Shown: positions 56,482 to 64,000 of the stretch, piece after piece | Layout of the letters: each line of letters starts with the position of its first letter | Position numbering within the stretch: the stretch's first letter is position 1 | From: Candidatus Poribacteria bacterium | Lineage (GTDB): Bacteria; Poribacteria; WGA-4E; PCPOR2b | Reading direction: 5' to 3' | NCBI GenBank assembly: GCA_965116925.1 | Contig: OZ220744.1 | Coordinates: 6,379,757-6,443,756, forward strand | DNA length: 64,000 nt | Made by a program: the position numbers and the translations under genes | The notes under the pieces: generated by a model | The model's database searches: none | What the model saw: the letters and a program-made list of their open reading frames with translations, nothing else | What the model was told of the DNA's origin: nothing

Positions 56482-58431
56482 CTACCAGAACCACACCACG
56501 TACAACGGTGTCTCGATAATCACGCTCAAAATTGACCAGTAACATCCACTTGCAACATCTCCCAGAATAAGTCCTAGGAAGAAGGGCAGGAAACGCCGGT
56601 ATAATCGTGCTCCACCAACCTTGAAAACGATGAATTTAATAGTTCCACATAGGATTAAGGCGAACCAGTAGTGATCCATGGTACCGCCGTTGATGCCCAT
56701 CGCATACCCGACCGGATGCAGAGGCCACCAGATAAATTTGAGCCGTAGAAGCCCTAGCAACATGGTGAATGCGAATCCTAGACCGATTGCCATGGTGCCA
56801 AAAACATCCATCTCACGGGGGAATTGGAACCAACCGGAGAGTTGGTTGTAAACACCCTGTCCCGGTCCCAACACCTGTCCGGGAGCGTCTACAGCAATTG
56901 AGGCACCGAAGTCGTACAAACAGTAGAGGTAAACAAGAAAGGCGATGAAAACACTGGGCGCAATTCCAAGGAGCATGACCACCATCAACCGGCGATAGTT
57001 AATTCCGGTGCGTTGGGCCAGCTTGAAACCTTCAAGTTGGTGAGGCATCGGGTGGCTTCGGTTTGAACCGTTGAACCACGAGAACAGTGAGAACAGCGTC
57101 AGATCGCTCTTACCGAAAGCCGTCACACCCGCCACCGATGTCAGAATTGTCTGTGGATTGACGCCCCCCATGTTATGCACAGGCGGACCGAGTTCAGCGC
57201 GAATGCGTGTAACAGCCGCTGCAATAATCATATATAAGCCAAAGAAGAGTGGGAACACCCACGCGGACATTCCTGCCTGACTGGAAATTACATAGAGGAG
57301 AAGAAGACAGATCACGATCCCGATGACAGCAGATCGATAGCGCACCGGTTCTTGCGAATCATCAAGGGACGTATTCATGCCAATCACACGCTTTAGAATG
57401 TCCAGAAAATGTTTCCGCCCCGCCCAAATTGCCATTGCAATGATTGCGAGGAAGGCACCAACCGCTTGGTTCGGTAGGAAGGGGTAGTAGGGGATCGTAT
57501 ACAAGCCAGCAGCCCGTCCGCCGATAAATTGTGCTTTTCGGACCCAGTAGAAGAACGCCATTGAGAAGCTTAAATCGATCGGCAGCAGAAAACACAACCC
57601 GATCATGAACAATCGTAGATGAAAATAGGTTGTTCCAATCGCGTCCCACGGTTCATTGTTCAGCCATAGGGCGAGATCCGCAGTCGGCTCGCGGATCGGT
57701 ATCAGGGGGACGGATGGATACAGAAAATTGAGTCCGTTGATAATTTCGATTGCTGCTGCGATTCCAAATCCCCACCACATTGCACGGTTCTGAAAGAAAC
57801 TCATTCCCGGAGCTGTCATATCGAGCGGCAATTGGGCAATCGGATACGGCATCCTTTCATGTTCAATCCATTGGCGTCGGATGAAAACGTTCAAGAAGGC
57901 AACGAGAAAGAAGATCAGCGTGGCGATTGCTGTCCAGCTCAGGATAGGTGCTATCCAGTAGCGCAAATACCCATCGGTGAAGAAATTTGCGCCGCCTTCG
58001 TAAAATGGACGTGCCATCTCGGTGTGTTCCATGACAAGCCACTTTGGGAGATGGGGATGGATAAGCTGCTTCCATTCATTTTCAGGCGAAGCGAACCAGA
58101 ACGCATGGGTGAGTGGACCCATGAGGCTCACCATGTTGTCGTGGGCGATCACCGATGTCGTCGTCGCCATCATAATGTAGATGACGAGTAGTTCGGCTTG
58201 GGTCAGTGCATAGTTGGGAAAGAACCGGTGGACGCCAGCGTTCACAAGGGCGAGGGTGAAGACGATGAAAATTACATTCATCGGGATGGAAGTTGCAGAG
58301 AAATGGAAGCCATGCCAGACCATTTCGACCATGGCAATCCAATACGCGTTCACGGGCATGAGGATAAACCCTAATAGCACGGCACGTAAGGTAATCCGCG
58401 ACTCGGAACGCGGGGCTGGAGATGTTCTCAT
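56482..58431 (-). CDS. large polytopic integral membrane protein (649 aa, at least 12 predicted helices), unknown family; candidate transporter co-transcribed with abfA
   Basis: Long hydrophobic segments throughout. A 14-nt gap separates it from the GH51 gene. Confidence 0.5.
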   Translation of the reverse strand: MRTSPAPRSESRITLRAVLLGFILMPVNAYWIAMVEMVWHGFHFSATSIPMNVIFIVFTLALVNAGVHRFFPNYALTQAELLVIYIMMATTTSVIAHDNMVSLMGPLTHAFWFASPENEWKQLIHPHLPKWLVMEHTEMARPFYEGGANFFTDGYLRYWIAPILSWTAIATLIFFLVAFLNVFIRRQWIEHERMPYPIAQLPLDMTAPGMSFFQNRAMWWGFGIAAAIEIINGLNFLYPSVPLIPIREPTADLALWLNNEPWDAIGTTYFHLRLFMIGLCFLLPIDLSFSMAFFYWVRKAQFIGGRAAGLYTIPYYPFLPNQAVGAFLAIIAMAIWAGRKHFLDILKRVIGMNTSLDDSQEPVRYRSAVIGIVICLLLLYVISSQAGMSAWVFPLFFGLYMIIAAAVTRIRAELGPPVHNMGGVNPQTILTSVAGVTAFGKSDLTLFSLFSWFNGSNRSHPMPHQLEGFKLAQRTGINYRRLMVVMLLGIAPSVFIAFLVYLYCLYDFGASIAVDAPGQVLGPGQGVYNQLSGWFQFPREMDVFGTMAIGLGFAFTMLLGLLRLKFIWWPLHPVGYAMGINGGTMDHYWFALILCGTIKFIVFKVGGARLYRRFLPFFLGLILGDVASGCYWSILSVIIETPLYVVWFW

Positions 58432-58440
58432 AGAATTAAG

Positions 58441-58540
58441 CGTAATGCGTAAAAGCTGAAAGTGGGAAAACGTGATGCCTGAGACGTGAAAAAGGGCAGA
58501 AACCTCCTCACATTTTACGTTTCACGTTTCATTGTTACGG
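58441..58540. repeat. Family H heptamer block with inverted arms (CGTAATGCGTAAAAGCTGAAAGTGGGAAAACGTGATGCCTGAGACGTGAA ... TTTTACGTTTCACGTTTCATTG)
   Basis: The heptamer units and their reverse complements appear at both ends, so the block could fold into a long hairpin. Confidence 0.55.
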
Positions 58541-58542
58541 AT

Positions 58543-59085
58543 TTACCCTTGGGATCGTCGTCCTGGATCTCGATAAATAACACGGCCGCGTGTTAAATCG
58601 TAAGGCGACAGTTCGACAAGGACTTTATCTCCCGGCAGAATTCTGATGAAATTCTTCCGCATTCTGCCAGAGATGTGTGCCAGGATCTCATGTTTATTAT
58701 CCAATTCAACCCGAAACATGGCATTGGGTAGGGTTTCGATCACTGTCCCTTGTACCTCGATTTTGTCTTCCTTGGCTCGGACTCGGGATTGGACACCATC
58801 TCTGGTTTCCTGAGTCTCTTGCTCTGCGCGAACCTCAATCTTATCCTTACGAAATTCACGCTTATTTTTCTTTTTATTTCTGGTTTTTCCTGCGCCTGGT
58901 GCGGGACCTCTACCTTGCGCTGGACCTCTGCCCTGTGAAGGTCCTCTACCTTGTGAAGGTCCTCTGCCTTGTGCAGATCCCCTTCCTTGTGAAGGTCCTC
59001 TACCTTGTGAAGGTCCTCTACCTTGTGCAGGTCTATTTCTATTTGGCGATGGGCCTCTTCCTTGTGTAGGTCTTTTGCCTCTCAC
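58543..59085 (-). CDS. infA: translation initiation factor IF-1 homologue (C-terminal 72 aa) fused in frame to a ~108-aa Gly/Arg/Pro/Lys-rich N-terminal extension containing (QGRGPS) repeats
   Basis: The C-terminus [70 protein letters not shown] matches IF-1. There is no in-frame ATG, GTG or TTG between the extension and the IF-1 domain. Confidence 0.7.
   Translation of the reverse strand: MRGKRPTQGRGPSPNRNRPAQGRGPSQGRGPSQGRGSAQGRGPSQGRGPSQGRGPAQGRGPAPGAGKTRNKKKNKREFRKDKIEVRAEQETQETRDGVQSRVRAKEDKIEVQGTVIETLPNAMFRVELDNKHEILAHISGRMRKNFIRILPGDKVLVELSPYDLTRGRVIYRDPGRRSQG
58896..59075. repeat. About nine tandem copies of an 18-bp unit (CCTTGTGAAGGTCCTCTA) encoding the hexapeptide repeats of the IF-1 N-terminal extension
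   Basis: Direct tandem repeats are visible in the sequence. Confidence 0.8.
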
Positions 59086-59166
59086 TTGTATACATCTCCT
59101 CTGTATGGGTTAAAGGGTTATCAAAATCTTCCAATCTATAGCTCCGTCATTCGTGACGGAGAGTTG

Positions 59167-60021
59167 TCAATGGTCTTCGAGACTGAAAATTTTGCCTTTT
59201 TCGATGACGAGTGTGCGAAGATACTTCGCTGCTGCTTGGAGTTGGGATTGGGCGTTGCCTTCGTCACTGCCGGTCGAAACCAGATCAACAGGCATATACT
59301 GATTGTCATCGCGTCGCAAGGCGACATAGGCTTTTAAGTAGACGTTTGGGTGTTCACCCATTACTTGTTGCAAAAGCGGCGAAACTTCCGCCTCAAACAT
59401 ATTTACATGTACGCGCAATGTTGCAATTTTCGCGCTATAGCGTTCAGCAATCAACGGCGCAATGTAGGCTTCAAAAATGGACTTCATCTCCCGCGGCGGA
59501 CCGGGCATCAACAGAATCGACGACGAATCTTTTGTAACACGAACACACGGTGCCCAACCGACCGGATTTTGAAAAACTTCGGCGGTTTCGGGAACAGTCG
59601 CCATATTAACCATGGCATCGGTCACGTCATCACGGTTCGTTAACTCCCGTCTCTCCATAAAAGAGGTTAATGTTTCCTCATGTACAACAGGTTGTACCCC
59701 GAGGATTTTTGCGATGCTCTGCACTGTCATGTCGTCGGGAGTTGGTCCAAGTCCCCCGGTTGTAAGGATCAGATCTGTTTTCCGGTGAATGGAATCCTCA
59801 ATGGCTTCATACATTTCGTCAAACTCATCTCGAAGCATCGTCACACGACGCAGCTGGCCGCCTAACTGAAGAATCTGCTGTGCAATCCAGTGAGCATTGG
59901 TATCTTGGATCTGCCCTAGGATTAACTCGGTTCCAATTGAAAATAACTCAATAACGGGCGTGCGTTCCAACCTAACCTCCTCATCGCTCAAGAGCTCATT
60001 GGTTATTCGCCTATTTATCAC
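59167..60021 (-). CDS. cinA: CinA-family protein (molybdopterin-binding MoCF_biosynth domain, competence/damage-inducible-like)
   Basis: ELFSIGTELILGQIQDTNAHW N-terminal signature. Confidence 0.7.
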   Translation of the reverse strand: MINRRITNELLSDEEVRLERTPVIELFSIGTELILGQIQDTNAHWIAQQILQLGGQLRRVTMLRDEFDEMYEAIEDSIHRKTDLILTTGGLGPTPDDMTVQSIAKILGVQPVVHEETLTSFMERRELTNRDDVTDAMVNMATVPETAEVFQNPVGWAPCVRVTKDSSSILLMPGPPREMKSIFEAYIAPLIAERYSAKIATLRVHVNMFEAEVSPLLQQVMGEHPNVYLKAYVALRRDDNQYMPVDLVSTGSDEGNAQSQLQAAAKYLRTLVIEKGKIFSLEDH

Positions 60022-61073
60022 AACTTTTGGTCAAGGAATTGAAATGCCCCAACCCCGTGAAAACTATGGGCAGCTTCAAACACCTCAAGTCCTAACTGAT
60101 CCTCAGCACCAAAGGCGCGAAAAATTTCTTGCGCTTGGTCAAATGCAAATCGGGTCGCATCAATTGGGAAGATGGTATCTTCCGTGCCGGATTCGACGAA
60201 CATCGCCCGCGGCGCAATCAAGCCAGCAATGTCATACATCTCTGCATACTTGAGAACACCGGGGATATAGTTGTCGATACAGTGGTTGATACTCAAGATA
60301 CTGTCACGGAATGTATTGAAATAGCCGCTGACGACAGCCACCTTGAACCGCTCATCTATTGCTGCTGAATAAAATGTTGTCGTCCCACCGCCGGAGATTC
60401 CCATGACGCCGATACGGTTCATGTCAATTTCAGGACGTGTTGAAAGGTAATCGAGAGACCGCATCGCATCGTAGACTCGCCAGCCAATCATCGTTTGCCC
60501 AAGCAGAAAGGCTGCCCCGGAAGCAGGCAGACATGATGAATTGCCCGCTCCCCGTTGACACGCTGCTTCATCTCGACGATGTCCGAACCCAAACTGTTCA
60601 ATTGCCAACGCAGCATACCCTCGGTCTACACACTGAAGGGCAAAATCGTTTTGATATTCGCCGTATTCGGTTCGCATTGTGCCATCCTCCTGAATTCCAA
60701 CGATGTCATCGACACCACGTCCGTGTCCATGCAGACAGAGGATGGTGGGCCCCGGCGTTTCAAAATCTTTAGGCAGCAGCAAATAGCCGAAAACGGTCAT
60801 ATTGGGACGGCTTTGGAACAGCACCGTTTCACGGGTATAGGTTGAGAATTCCTTCGTTTCCGTGACTCTGGGCAGCAATTCGCATCTCTCGTCTGGAAAA
60901 TCACCGAGAAGTTCAATGAGTTTCGCTCTCAAATCGCGCTGCCAACCCTCCGCCCCCCCTTTATCCCCCCGCTGGCGGGGGGAAAAGGGGGATGCCTGAA
61001 ACGCCATCGTGCGAGCGGCGTGATCGTACATTTCATGTGAAAAGGCTAAGGTATCTAAGTGGTCTTGGGACAT
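60018..61073 (-). CDS. alpha/beta-hydrolase (acetyl-xylan-esterase / dienelactone-hydrolase-like)
   Basis: GISGGG nucleophile elbow and an HGHGRG oxyanion region. It overlaps cinA by 4 nt. Confidence 0.55.
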   Translation of the reverse strand: MSQDHLDTLAFSHEMYDHAARTMAFQASPFSPRQRGDKGGAEGWQRDLRAKLIELLGDFPDERCELLPRVTETKEFSTYTRETVLFQSRPNMTVFGYLLLPKDFETPGPTILCLHGHGRGVDDIVGIQEDGTMRTEYGEYQNDFALQCVDRGYAALAIEQFGFGHRRDEAACQRGAGNSSCLPASGAAFLLGQTMIGWRVYDAMRSLDYLSTRPEIDMNRIGVMGISGGGTTTFYSAAIDERFKVAVVSGYFNTFRDSILSINHCIDNYIPGVLKYAEMYDIAGLIAPRAMFVESGTEDTIFPIDATRFAFDQAQEIFRAFGAEDQLGLEVFEAAHSFHGVGAFQFLDQKL

Positions 61074-61088
61074 CTGAAATTCTCCATG

Positions 61089-62018
61089 CTAATCCCACAG
61101 TCTGGTGCTGAAGTATCGCTCCCCAAGGTCGTTGAAGACGGTAACGATAACCCCTTCTTGAATCTCTTTAGCGACTTCATAAGCACCCTGTAGGTATCCT
61201 CCGGAGGACTGACCAACAAACCATCCTCGCTTTGCTAGGCGGCTGCACATGTCATACGCATGATCGATGGTAACAGGGATCTTTTTGTCAATGATACTCT
61301 CGTCGAGAATCTCCGGAACAATGTCTTCGGGTCTCCCCATCGGCTTGAGCCCCTCAATACCCGGAAATTCATCGGGAACAATACCACAAACTTGAATATC
61401 TGGATTGTGCTCTTTAAGGCGGTGTCCAACGCCGGTAATTGTTCCTCCTGTGCCAACCCCTGCGACAAAGTGGGTGACATGTCCCGCTGTTTGTTTCAGA
61501 ATTTCTACCCCTGTTGTATCATAATGCGCCCGCCAGTTGTTATCGTTCTGATACTGGTCGGCAAAGTAATACTTGTCAGGTGTTGTTTCATGGCGACGAT
61601 GGACTTCGCGGAGGGCTTCATCGTAGCCAAGGATTGCGTCTGTGTAGATGATGTTTGCACCGTGCGCTTGAATTCGCTTTTTTCGTTCTTCACTGGCGTT
61701 GCTGGGAATGACCAATTCAACTTGGTAGCCTAAAACAGCACCGATCATGGCATAAGCGATTGCGGCATTTCCAGAACTCGAATCGAGAACAAACTTGTCG
61801 CGTGTTAGCTCGCCGGATCGGATGGCTTCCGTCAACATACGCAGTACAGGCCGATCTTTAATAGAGCCGCCCGGATTGTACATCTCTGCTTTTGCATAGA
61901 TGTCTACATCGGGCAACTCATCGGCGAATAGGTCTATTTTGACCAGCGGTGTATTTCCGATCTGTTGAAGAAGCGGATAGTTTGAGAGAGAAACGGAGCC
62001 GGTCGATTGTTTGCTCAT
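61089..62018 (-). CDS. cysK: cysteine synthase / O-acetylserine sulfhydrylase (PLP-dependent)
   Basis: KAEMYNPGGSIKDRP lysine motif and the glycine-rich loop GTGGT. Confidence 0.9.
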   Translation of the reverse strand: MSKQSTGSVSLSNYPLLQQIGNTPLVKIDLFADELPDVDIYAKAEMYNPGGSIKDRPVLRMLTEAIRSGELTRDKFVLDSSSGNAAIAYAMIGAVLGYQVELVIPSNASEERKKRIQAHGANIIYTDAILGYDEALREVHRRHETTPDKYYFADQYQNDNNWRAHYDTTGVEILKQTAGHVTHFVAGVGTGGTITGVGHRLKEHNPDIQVCGIVPDEFPGIEGLKPMGRPEDIVPEILDESIIDKKIPVTIDHAYDMCSRLAKRGWFVGQSSGGYLQGAYEVAKEIQEGVIVTVFNDLGERYFSTRLWD

Positions 62019-62129
62019 TTAGGATGTTACTTCCTTTTTCTAATGGAGTTTTATAGGAGATTGCTGTCGAGCAGTTTTGAAAAATGACTCGTAATACACT
62101 GCACTGTACGGAACGCGGATCTGCGTTCC

Positions 62130-62768
62130 TTACTCCGCTTGAGTCAGCCGCTGCTCAATTAACGAGCGAATATAGTCTTTAGCGGTGTCTCCGGTCAATT
62201 CACCGCTGAGAATGTCGGTCACTTCAAATTCCGCTAAACGCAAGGTTGGTTTCAGTCCATGCAACGGCGGTAGCCAATCTCGGAATGTATCGAAAAAGGC
62301 GCGTTGTGCAGCTCGGCCGTTAATAAACGGAAAATCTGCTGTCTTTCGTCGAAAACGATCTGTCCCCTTCTGAATCGCCATCTCTTGATGTTTTACACAC
62401 AATTGGAGGTATGCGTGGCGATCAAATCCTAGAGCCAAGTCTTCCGAATAAAAGTCCAAAGTTATCTGACGAAATACTGTAAAATGTTGTAACTCGTCAA
62501 ATTCAAAGATAAAATTGTAGGGCGCGGGGAAATAGGCATCGGGGGTTAAGTATCCATCTGCTTTTGTGGATAAGCCCTCCCAATCACCGCCCATCTTCTC
62601 AAAGAGGTTGACAATTCTCGGATAATATTCACCGAAATGGGCTGGGGACGGTTTGTTTATCAGCCAATCGAACTGAGCACGCCGTTCAGCAGGAACCCCC
62701 AACACCTCCTCAACGAGCGCGATGATGCCGATTTCAAGACGCATGTTATGCGACGGCTCCTCCACCAC
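62130..62768 (-). CDS. hypothetical protein (212 aa)
   Basis: It is an ORF only. Its stop overlaps a GGAACGCGGATCTGCGTTCC palindrome. Confidence 0.4.
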   Translation of the reverse strand: MVEEPSHNMRLEIGIIALVEEVLGVPAERRAQFDWLINKPSPAHFGEYYPRIVNLFEKMGGDWEGLSTKADGYLTPDAYFPAPYNFIFEFDELQHFTVFRQITLDFYSEDLALGFDRHAYLQLCVKHQEMAIQKGTDRFRRKTADFPFINGRAAQRAFFDTFRDWLPPLHGLKPTLRLAEFEVTDILSGELTGDTAKDYIRSLIEQRLTQAE

Positions 62769-63010
62769 TAATTACCTAAATCGAACAGGTTGTCCTAACC
62801 GTACAAAGTTTTGAGATCCCACCGAATCAAAAGCATACCACAAATTCGATCTTCTTTCAACTGTAAATTACGCCAATCAATAATCCTCGCTTTCAATACT
62901 TGCATCGGTTATAATTATATCTGATTGCTTAATCTATTCCAATTAAGGATACATCCCGTTACGATCGGGACGCTTCAGTACCCGTCAGCCAGTCTATGAA
63001 AGGAAAGAAA

Positions 63011-64000
63011 ATGACAAATCTGCTTGATGATGCCCAAATACAGCAATTCATCACCGACGGCTATATCACTGTCCGAGCCGACTACCCTCCCGACTTTCAC
63101 CAAGACATCTACCAACAAATTGAGGCGATGTTTGAAGGTGAGGGTAACACCGGCAACAATATCCTGCCACGCGTCCCCCAGATTCAGAAGGTCTTCGATC
63201 ATCCGACGTTAAAGGGTGCTTTGACCAGTCTGCTTGGGGAAGGTTACATCATGAACCCCCACCGGCACTGCCATCTCAATCCCCCTGACAGCAGAGGGCA
63301 GCAGTGGCATAAGGATTGTTATGTCTTCGATCACAATATGCGCCACCCACGCTTTCAGTGGGTGCTTGCGCTCTACTATCCTCAAGATACGACCGAAGAC
63401 ATGGGACCAACAGGGCTGCTGCCCGGCAAGCAGTTTTACAAAAAAGTGAGCCATGCCGATCCGCAACTAGCGAGTGAGCCTGCATCACCCCTATGCGGCG
63501 AAGCCGGCACTGTCTCACTCGTTCACTTCGATGCGTGGCACCGGGCAACGCCGAATCTTAGCACAAAGAAACGATACATGCTCAAGTTTCAGTTCGCGCG
63601 TATGCAGACACCTCAAGGGCCTTCGTGGAATCACAAACATCGTGAATGGGAAGGCGACCCAAACGATGAAAGCCGAGCCACATCGGTAGATGTCTGGAAC
63701 TGGCTATGCGGAAACCATTCGCCCCCGGAGCCAGATGCGTCGGGAGATACAGCGTCAACTTTGATCGCAGCTTTGGGGGATAAGTCAGAAACCGTTCGTC
63801 TGAACGCCGCCTATACACTAGGAAGGATGGGGGAATCTGTCGTGCCTGCGTTAATTGACACTATGCGGAAGGAAACCCTTGCATCAATTGAGGAAACGAC
63901 CGCCAAACCTCCTGACAATTTACACGGCACCAATCCGACCGCCGGCTATGCGGCGCAAGCGTTGTCTGCGATTGGCTTACAAGCAATTCCAGCACTAGTC
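63011..64000 (+). CDS. PhyH-family dioxygenase fused to C-terminal HEAT (PBS-lyase-like) repeats. It is partial, running off the window end, and is not in the ORF track.
   Basis: Manual translation from the ATG at 63011 gives MTNLLDDAQIQQFITDGYITV ... WHKDCY (H-x-D) ... then ALIAALGDKSETVRLNAAYTLGRMGESVVPALIDTM, with no stop up to 64000. Confidence 0.6.
   Translation, partial: MTNLLDDAQIQQFITDGYITVRADYPPDFHQDIYQQIEAMFEGEGNTGNNILPRVPQIQKVFDHPTLKGALTSLLGEGYIMNPHRHCHLNPPDSRGQQWHKDCYVFDHNMRHPRFQWVLALYYPQDTTEDMGPTGLLPGKQFYKKVSHADPQLASEPASPLCGEAGTVSLVHFDAWHRATPNLSTKKRYMLKFQFARMQTPQGPSWNHKHREWEGDPNDESRATSVDVWNWLCGNHSPPEPDASGDTASTLIAALGDKSETVRLNAAYTLGRMGESVVPALIDTMRKETLASIEETTAKPPDNLHGTNPTAGYAAQALSAIGLQAIPALV

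Noticed and set aside
58677-59069. 130-aa plus-strand ORF antisense to the infA-like gene
   Set aside because: It reads through the 18-bp tandem repeat array on the opposite strand, so it has a low-complexity product. The IF-1 homology on the minus strand is decisive.
59142-59161. Hairpin CTCCGTCATTCGTGACGGAG downstream of cinA
   Set aside because: It is short and has no T-run. There is insufficient evidence for a terminator.
1-64000. tRNA, rRNA or other structured ncRNA genes
   Set aside because: No cloverleaf-compatible segments, anticodon-loop contexts or rRNA-like conserved blocks were recognised by eye. I cannot exclude small ncRNAs without covariance-model searches.

Overview
This is about 64 kb of bacterial chromosome at roughly 50-55 % GC. 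Start codons are mostly preceded by AGGAGG(A)-type ribosome-binding sites, and most genes lie on the minus strand.

The backbone is ordinary heterotroph metabolism. It includes korAB (2-oxoacid:ferredoxin oxidoreductase), an orphan 2-oxoacid dehydrogenase E2, pyk, rpiA, zwf, a ROK glucokinase, ino1, prs, trpF, sppA, cysK and an infA-like gene. It also carries two ABC exporters and a histidine kinase. Interleaved is a degradative and accessory repertoire: six phytanoyl-CoA-dioxygenase (PhyH) paralogues, two sulfatases (one frameshifted), a BNR sialidase, a GH51 arabinofuranosidase, and M28, S9 and M81 peptidases.

The window is unusually repeat-rich:
- an ISAs1-family IS and an internally deleted IS-derived MITE that together bound a 4.6-kb composite unit with a 10-bp target-site duplication; the unit carries ino1
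- at least two further MITE-like families, which I label P and T
- a heptamer-repeat family (H)
- a 40-bp direct repeat
- a cluster of TTGGCA-containing 23-mers

The most unusual locus is a visibly AT-richer island at about 43.0-47.6 kb, between housekeeping genes. It holds three translationally coupled minus-strand genes:
- a 647-aa protein with an RNA-polymerase alpha-CTD-like helix-hairpin-helix (HhH) and a sigma-70 region-4-like helix-turn-helix (HTH)
- a 193-aa protein with no recognisable domain
- a MutL/MORC-like GHKL ATPase

These sit beside an orphan MNT-type nucleotidyltransferase and are bordered by a degenerate tandem duplication. I cannot match this arrangement to any named defence, toxin-antitoxin or restriction-modification system, so I propose it as a candidate new system.
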